Positions 56,331 to 64,000 of a stretch of DNA of 64,000 bases are shown here, one piece after another. Below the pieces are notes generated by a model, which was not told the DNA's origin, ran no database searches, and worked only from the letters and a program-made list of their open reading frames with translations. The stretch's first letter is position 1. Each line of letters begins with the position of its first letter. The stretch is taken from assembly GCA_964016885.1 (NCBI GenBank), contig OZ024744.1, positions 95,294,001-95,358,000 of the forward strand, in the 5' to 3' direction. This stretch comes from Eledone cirrhosa (lineage: Eukaryota). Made by a program: the position numbers and the translations under genes.

Positions 56331-57144
56331 GTATTCGACTATTATTTTTGGTAAGGTGAGAGAAGCTCAATGCAGACTAAAAGATCTCAGCATATTAGGT
56401 ATTCAAAACAAACAAAATACTCTTCGAAAGTTGTTGTTGCTGAACACAGATGGGTAGCAAAGCATTAATATTTTAAATGAAGAAAAACCAAGGTTAGCAA
56501 CTTAAATCCATCTAAGCATTTGATAGAGTATATTTCATATGAACCTTTGCTATTTACTGCTCTTGTGCACTTGCCATATATATAGCCTACATTCTTTAAT
56601 AGACTGTTAGATATCCCGCTACAGCTCTTGTGAACCCCTAATTTACATTTTGTAGTTTATGGAAATTCCACCAAATCCTTTCTTACATACTGAATATGGC
56701 CATTTCCCTGGTGGAATCAGGACCCTGTCATCTTAACCACTTACTAAGTTTTTAGTCTTAACTAAGTTAACTGTCGGACTTTTTTATTCCAGGTTTTTCT
56801 TCCAAGCCTGGAATTTCTTCTCTAGTCCCACAGCGGATTCAGCTATGATGCATATGAGTCAACATAGCATGGTTGAATAGTTAAGAAGTTCACTTTGCAA
56901 TCATTATTAGGTCCTCAGTTCAATCCCACTGTGTACAACGTACATGGTATGATATGGTCTTGTAACTCCTGATAGAGCTATAGGGGCATACAGCGTATTG
57001 ACATAGAGCATTTCTTGGACAATTTAAAGCCCGGCGGAGCCCATCCCCTCTCCAGGTCTGAGTACAGCAGATTTCTTCCAGAGGAAGATAGAAAGTGAGA
57101 GAGAGAGGAAACGAGAAAGAGATATAGAGGAAGAATCGACACCA

Positions 57145-57225
57145 ATACTTGACTGGTACTTTTTATTATCAACCTTGAAAGGATGAAAGGCAAAGTTGAC
57201 CTCGGCGGGATTTGAACTCAGAGAA
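57145..57225 (-). mobile_element. tRNA-derived SINE fragment, antisense
   Basis: CTGGTACTTTTTATTATC...GGATGAAAGGCAAAGTTGACCTCGGCGGGATTTGAACTCAG is the reverse complement of the 30228 family body. Confidence 0.8.
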
Positions 57226-57294
57226 CAGAGACAACATGCATAGACATATGGAATACATGACTTTAAGAAATCTTCTTTGTTTCTATTTCTACAG

Positions 57295-57400
57295 GAAAGT
57301 AAAATGTGAAGCTCTTAATTCAATGAGACAGCTGTGCAAAGAATGCCCAAGTGCTTTTGATTCTGGTTTCCATCCCCTGATGATGGCGATAACCAAGGAG
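57295..57400 (+). CDS. TOGARAM1: TOGARAM1-like exon 9: KVKCEALNSMRQLCKECPSAFDSGFHPLMMAITKE (TOG HEAT repeat)
   Basis: Acceptor ttctacag|G (phase 2) and donor GAG|gtattc (phase 0). Fits the TOG/CLASP-like pattern DW..K.EgL..iR.L. Confidence 0.9.
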
Positions 57401-57718
57401 GTATTCATTATTTGCTTTTTCAATCAATTTTAATATTTAATCGCAGAGGAATGTGTGTGAGATTTATTAGCTTTTATTAAAAAAATGTTTATGATGATGA
57501 TGATGATGATGATGATATGTGTGTTTGGGTGTGTGTGTGTGTGTGTGTGTGTGTTTGAACCTTAGTTTCACTACTCTTTCCAGTGCCTCTCCAGAAAACC
57601 CAGCTAATCCAGCTAGTCTCCAGATCTTATTTGCATACATGCCCACCTGTTTTCCAATCCATTTAACACTTCCCATCGTGCTATAAATTACTATGAAAAC
57701 AAACAAAAATAAACCTAT

Positions 57719-57925
57719 TTGACCCTTTAGCATTTACATTACTTTATATTTACTGTTGTATTTTCACAATAAACACTACCTCACATAATTATCTCACTTG
57801 ATATTAAATCTATTAGATTTTTATATTATTTATTTTGAGAACAATACCTTAACGTCAGTATGAGTGGCCAGTTACAGCTGGTTTGAACAGAGAGAGGTGA
57901 GAGAATTCTGGCCGGATATGGCAGA
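57719..57925 (+). mobile_element. MITE family A copy, right end truncated
   Basis: TTGACCCTTTAGCATTTACATT...GAGAATTCTGGCCGGATATGGC. Confidence 0.8.
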
Positions 57926-57993
57926 TAATAGGAGATTGTATGTTCAACTTGTGTAGGAATATTTATTACAATTCAAGTCACATAATAGTGAAA

Positions 57994-57994
57994 G

Positions 57995-58028
<34 letters not shown>

Positions 58029-58036
58029 CCACCACC

Positions 58037-58068
<32 letters not shown>

Positions 58069-58078
58069 CACCACCATC

Positions 58079-58110
<32 letters not shown>

Positions 58111-58134
58111 CACCACCATCATCATCACCACCAC

Positions 58135-58175
<41 letters not shown>

Positions 58176-58186
58176 CCACCATCATC

Positions 58187-58239
<53 letters not shown>

Positions 58240-59497
58240 CGTTACTACCACCACCACCATCATCATCAACATCACCATCATCATCATCATCACTACCACG
58301 CCTACCACCACGACTACCACCACCACCACTACCACCACCACCACCACGACTACCACACCACCACCGTCACCACCACCACTACCACTACCATCACCACCAC
58401 CACCACCACCACCACTACCACCACCACCACCACCACCACCACTACCACCACCACCACCACGACTACCACACCACCACCATCACCACCACCACTACCACTA
58501 CCATCACCACCACCACCACCACCACCACTACCACAACTACCACCACCATCACCACCACCACCACCACCACCACTACCACCACCATCACCACCACCACCAC
58601 CACCACCACCACGACTACCACCACCACCACCACCACCACCACCACCGCCACCACCACTACCACCACCACCACCACCACCACTACCACCACCACCACCACG
58701 ACTACCACACCACCACCATCACCACCACCACTACCACTACCATCACCACCACCACCACCACCACCACTACCACAACTACCACTACCATCACCACCACCAC
58801 TACCACCACCACCACCACTACCACCACCATCACCACCACCACCACCACCACCACCACGACTACCACCACCACCACCACCACCACCACCACCGCCACCACC
58901 ACTACCACCACCACCACTACCACCACCACCACCACGACTACCACCACCACCACAACTACCACCACCACAACTACCATCACCACCACCACAACCACCACCA
59001 CCACCACCACCACCACCACAACTACCACTACCATCACCACCACCACCGCCACCACCACTACCACAACTACCACTACCACCACCACCACCACCACAACTAC
59101 CATCACCATCACCACCACCACTAGCATCACCACCACCACCGCCACCACCACTACCACAACTACCACTACCACTTCCACCATCACCACCACCACCACACCA
59201 CCACCACCACCACCACCACCACCACCACAACTACCACTACCATCACCACCACCACCACCACCACCACTACCACAACTACCACTACCACTTCCACCACCAC
59301 CACCACCACCACTACCACCACCACCACCACCACCACAACTACCACTACCATCACCACCACCACCACCACCACCACAACCACCACCACCACTACCACCACC
59401 ACCACCACCACCACAACTACTACTACCATCACCACCACCACCACCACCACCACCACCACTACCACCACCACCACCACCACTACCATCATCATCACCA
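57994..59497. repeat. 1.5-kb (CAT)n to (CAC/TAC)n trinucleotide array
   Basis: Seen directly; shifts from CAT to CAC near 58240-58300. Confidence 0.95.
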
Positions 59498-59562
59498 GCT
59501 GTATATATCTTATTTTTTTTTACTTGTATGTATTTTATTTCATTCTTTTTGTCTGTTTCCAG

Positions 59563-59649
59563 TTGGAAAACCTAAGGTCCCAAGTGAAACGAGATGCTAT
59601 TCTTTGCGTTACTGATATGTTTGTCTATCTAAAGAGAAGAATGGATGCT
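59563..59649 (+). CDS. TOGARAM1: TOGARAM1-like exon 10: LENLRSQVKRDAILCVTDMFVYLKRRMDA (TOG HEAT repeat)
   Basis: Acceptor gtttccag|TTG and donor GCT|gtgagt (phase 0/0). NLRSQV.R.A..C..dmF..Lk..MD is characteristic of the C-terminal TOG domains of TOGARAM/FAM179 and CLASP-type proteins. Confidence 0.92.
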
Positions 59650-59730
59650 GTGAGTTACATTTGTTTACTAATGTTTGTTATTATGACATGTAGTAACATT
59701 TTATGACAAATTTGGGGGTTGTTTTAACCC

Positions 59731-62700
59731 TTAACATCCTGTACCACATGAAACCACATTAACAAGACATTCTTGAAAAGTACAAAACAGTACTATGACT
59801 GTATCACATTAACTGTTAACATCCTGTACCACATGAAACCACATTAACAAGACATTGTTGAAGAGTACAGAACAGTACTATGACTGTATCACATTAACTC
59901 TTAACATCCTGTACCACATGAAACCACATTAACAAGACATTGTTGAAAAGTACAAAACAGTACTATGACTGTATCACATTAACTCTTAACATCCTGTACC
60001 ACGTGAAACCACATTAACAAGACATTGTTGAAAAGTACAAAACAGTACTATGACTGTATCACATTAACACTTAACATCCTGTACCACATGAAACCACATT
60101 AACAAGACATTGTTGAAGAGTACAAAACAGTACTATGACTGTATCACATTAACACTTAACATCCTGTACCACATGAAACCACATTAACAAGACATTGTTG
60201 AAGAGTACAGAACAGTACTATGACTGTATCACATTAACTCTTAACATCCTGTACCACATGAAACCACATTAACAAGACGTTGTGGAAAAGTACAAAACAG
60301 TACTGTGACTGTATCACATTAACTCTTAACATCGTGAACCACATGAAACCACATTAACAAGACATTGTTGAAAAGTACAAAACAGTACTATGACTGTATC
60401 ACATTAACTCTTAAGATCCTGTACCACATGAAACCACATTAACAAGACGTTGTTGAAAAGTACAAAACAGTACTATGACTGTATCACATTAACACTTAAC
60501 ATCCTGCACCACATGAAACCACATTAACAAGACGTTGTTGAAAAGTACAAAACAGTACTATGACTGTATCACATTAACTCTTAACATCGTGAACCACATG
60601 AAACCACATTAACAAGACATAGTTAAAAAGTACAAAACAGTACTATGACTGTATCACATTAACACTTAACATCCTGCACCACATGAAACCACATTAACAA
60701 GACATTGTTGAAAAGTACAGAACAGTACAATGACTGTATCACATTAACTCTTAACATCCTGTACTACATGAAACCACATTAACAAGTCATTGTTGAAAAG
60801 TACAAAACAGTACTATGACTGTATCACATTAACACTTAACATCCTGCACCACATGAAACCACATTAACAAGACGTTGTTGAAAAGTACAAAACAGTACAA
60901 TGACTGTATCACATTAACTCTTAACATCCTGTACTACATGAAACCACATTAACAAGACATTGTTGAAAAGTACAAAACAGTACTATGACTGTATCACATT
61001 AACTGTTAACATCCTGTACCACATGAAACCACATTAACAAGACATTGTTGAAATGTACAAAACAGTACTATGACTGTATCACATTAACTCTTAACATCGT
61101 GAACCACATGAAACTACATTAACAAGACATTGTTGAAAAGTACAAAACAGTACTGTGACTGTATCACATTAACTCTTAACATCCTGTACCACATGAAACC
61201 ACATTAACAAGACATAGTTGAAAAGTACAAAACAGTACTATGACTGTATCACATTGACTCTTAACATCCTGTACCACATGAAACCACGTTAACAAAACAG
61301 TTGAAAAGTACAAAACAGTACTATGACTGTATCACATTAACTCTTAACATCCTGTACCACATGAAACCACATTAACAAGACATTGTTGAAAAGTACAAAA
61401 CAGTATTATGACTGTATCACATTAACTCTTAACATCCTCTACCACATGTAACCACATTAACAAGACACTGTTGAAAAGTATAAAACAGTACAATGACTGT
61501 ATCACATTGACTCTTAACATCCTGTACTACATGAAATCACATGAACAAGACATTGTTGAAATTTACAAAATAGTACAATGACTGTGTCACATTAACACTT
61601 AACGTCCTGTACCACGTTAAACCACATTAACAAGACATTGTTGAAAAGTATAAAACAGTACTATGACTGTATCACATTGACTCTTAACATCCTGTACCAC
61701 ATGAAACCACATTAACAAGACATTGTTGAAAAGTACAAAACAGTACTATGACTGTATCACATTAACTGTTAACATCCTGTACCACGTTAAACCACATTAA
61801 CAAGACATTGTTGAAAAGTATAAAAAAGTACAATGACTGTATCACATTGACTCTTAACATCCTCTACCACATGTAACCACATTAACAAGACACTGTTGAA
61901 AGGTACAAAACAGTACTGTATCACATTAACTCTTAACATCCTGTACCACATAAAACCACATTAACAAGACATTGTTGAAAAGTACTAAACGGTACTATGA
62001 CTGTATCACATTAACTCTTAACATCCTGTACCGCATGAACCCACATTAACAAGACATTCTTGAAAAGTACAAAACAGTACTATGACTGTATTACATTAAC
62101 TCTTAACGTCCTGTACCACGTGAAACCACATTGATAAGACATTATTGAAAAGTATAAAACAGTACTATGAGTGTATCACGTTAACTATTAACATCCTGTA
62201 CCACGTGAAACCACATTAACAAGACATTGTTAAAAAGTACAAAACAGTCCTGTATCACATTAACTCTTAATATCCTGTACCACATGAAACCACATTAACA
62301 AGACATTGTTGAAAAGTACTAAACAGTACTGTGACTGTATCACATTAACTCTTAACATTCTGTACAGCATTAAACTACATTCACAAGACATTCTTGAAAA
62401 GTACAAAACAGTACTATGACTGTATCACATTAACTCTTAACATCCTGTACCACATTAAACCACATTAACAAGACATTGTTGAAAAGAACAAAACAGTACT
62501 ATGACTGTATCACGTTATCTCTAATATCCTGTACCACATGAAACCACATTAACCAGAGATTCTTGAAAAGTACAAAACATTACTATGATCGTATCACATT
62601 AACACTTAACGTCCTGTACCACGTGAAACCACTTTAAGAAGACATTCTTGAAAAATTCAAAACAGTACTATGACTGTATCACATTAACTCTTAAGATCCT

Positions 62701-64000
62701 GTACCACATGAAACCACATTGATAAGACATTATTGAAAAGTATAAAACGGTACCATGACTGTATCACATTAACTCTTAACATCCTGTACCACGTGAAACC
62801 ACATTAACAAGACATTCTTGAAAAGTACGAAACGATACTATGACTGTATCACATTAGCTGTTCTCATCCTGTACCACATGAAACCACATTAGCAAGACAT
62901 TCTTGAAAAGTACAAAACAGTATTATGACTGTATCACATTAACTCTTAACATCCTGTACCACATGAAACCACATTAACAAGACATTCTTGAAAAGTACAA
63001 GATAGTACTATGACTGTATCGCATTAACTCTTAACATCCTGTACCACATGGACCACATTAACAAGACATTCTTGAAAAGTACACTACAGTACTATGACTG
63101 TATAATATTAATTCTTAACATCCTGTACCACGTGAAACCACATTAACAATACGTTCTTAAAAAGTTCAAAACAGTACTATGACTGTAGCACATTTACTCT
63201 TAACATCCTGTACCACATGAAACCACGTTAACAAGACATTCTTGAAAAGTACAAAACAGTACTATGACTGTATCACATTTGCTCTTAACATCCTGTACCA
63301 CATGAAACCACATTAACAAGACATACTTGAAAAGTACAAAACAGTACTATGACTGTATCACATTAACTGTTAACATCCTGTACCACATGAAACTACATTA
63401 ACAAGTCATGGTTGAAAAGTAAAAAACAGTACTATGACTGTATCACATTAACTGTTAACATCCTGTACCACATGAAACCACATGAACAAGTCATTGTTGA
63501 AAAGTACAAAACAGTACTATGACTGTATTACATTAACTGTTAACATCCTGTACCACATGAAACCACATTAACAAGACATTCTTGAAAAGTACAATACAGT
63601 ACTATGACTGTATCACATTAACTATTAACATCCTGTACCACGTGAAACCACATTAACAAGACATTGTTGAAATGTACAAAACAGTACTATGACTGTATCA
63701 CATAAACTCTTAACATCCTGTACCACGTGAAACCACATTAACAAATCATGGTTGAAAAGTACAAAACAGTTCTATGACTGTATCATATTAACTCTTAACA
63801 TCCTGTACTACATGAAACCACATTAACAAGACATTCTTAAAAAGTTCAAAACAGTACTATGACTGTATCACATTAACTCTTAACATCCTGTACCACATGA
63901 AACCACATTAACAAGACATTGTGGAAAAGTACAAAACAGTACTATGACTTTATCATATTAACTCTTAACATCCTGTACCACATGAATCCACATTAACAAG
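59731..64000. repeat. 85-bp satellite (about 50 copies visible, runs off the right edge)
   Basis: Unit TTAACATCCTGTACCACATGAAACCACATTAACAAGACATTGTTGAAAAGTACAAAACAGTACTATGACTGTATCACATTAACTC; starts at 59731, 59816 and 59901. Confidence 0.97.

Noticed and set aside
57940-59495. Poly-His/Pro/Thr and poly-Val/Gly ORFs
   Set aside because: Translations of the CAT/CAC microsatellite.

Overview
Eukaryotic, AT-rich, repeat-dense DNA; the SINE/LINE/microsatellite content suggests an octopus or other cephalopod (inference). The window is a slice of one + strand gene. Ten phase-compatible GT-AG exons (23271-59649, 1436 coding bp, about 2% of the window) encode the Ser-rich linker and the start of a TOG domain of a TOGARAM1/FAM179B (Crescerin)-like microtubule/cilia protein. 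Neither start nor stop codon is in the window. The introns hold large tandem arrays: 22-bp (>23 kb, upstream of the first visible exon), 48-bp (two arrays), 24-bp, 85-bp, a GGT-rich compound array and CAT/CAC. They also hold RTE- and CR1/L2-like LINE 3' fragments, tRNA-derived SINEs and TTAA-ended MITEs. Main observations: (1) a minimal type I hammerhead ribozyme with intact catalytic boxes at 34762-34804, inside a ~433-bp retrozyme/Penelope-like unit, plus several decayed hammerheads beside (TA)n tracts; (2) satellites that appear to derive from transposon pieces present in the same window; (3) kb-scale higher-order repeats; (4) a near-perfect ~275-bp intronic palindrome. Nearly all long ORFs in the supplied track are repeat artefacts. 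All calls were read by eye and no database searches were run.
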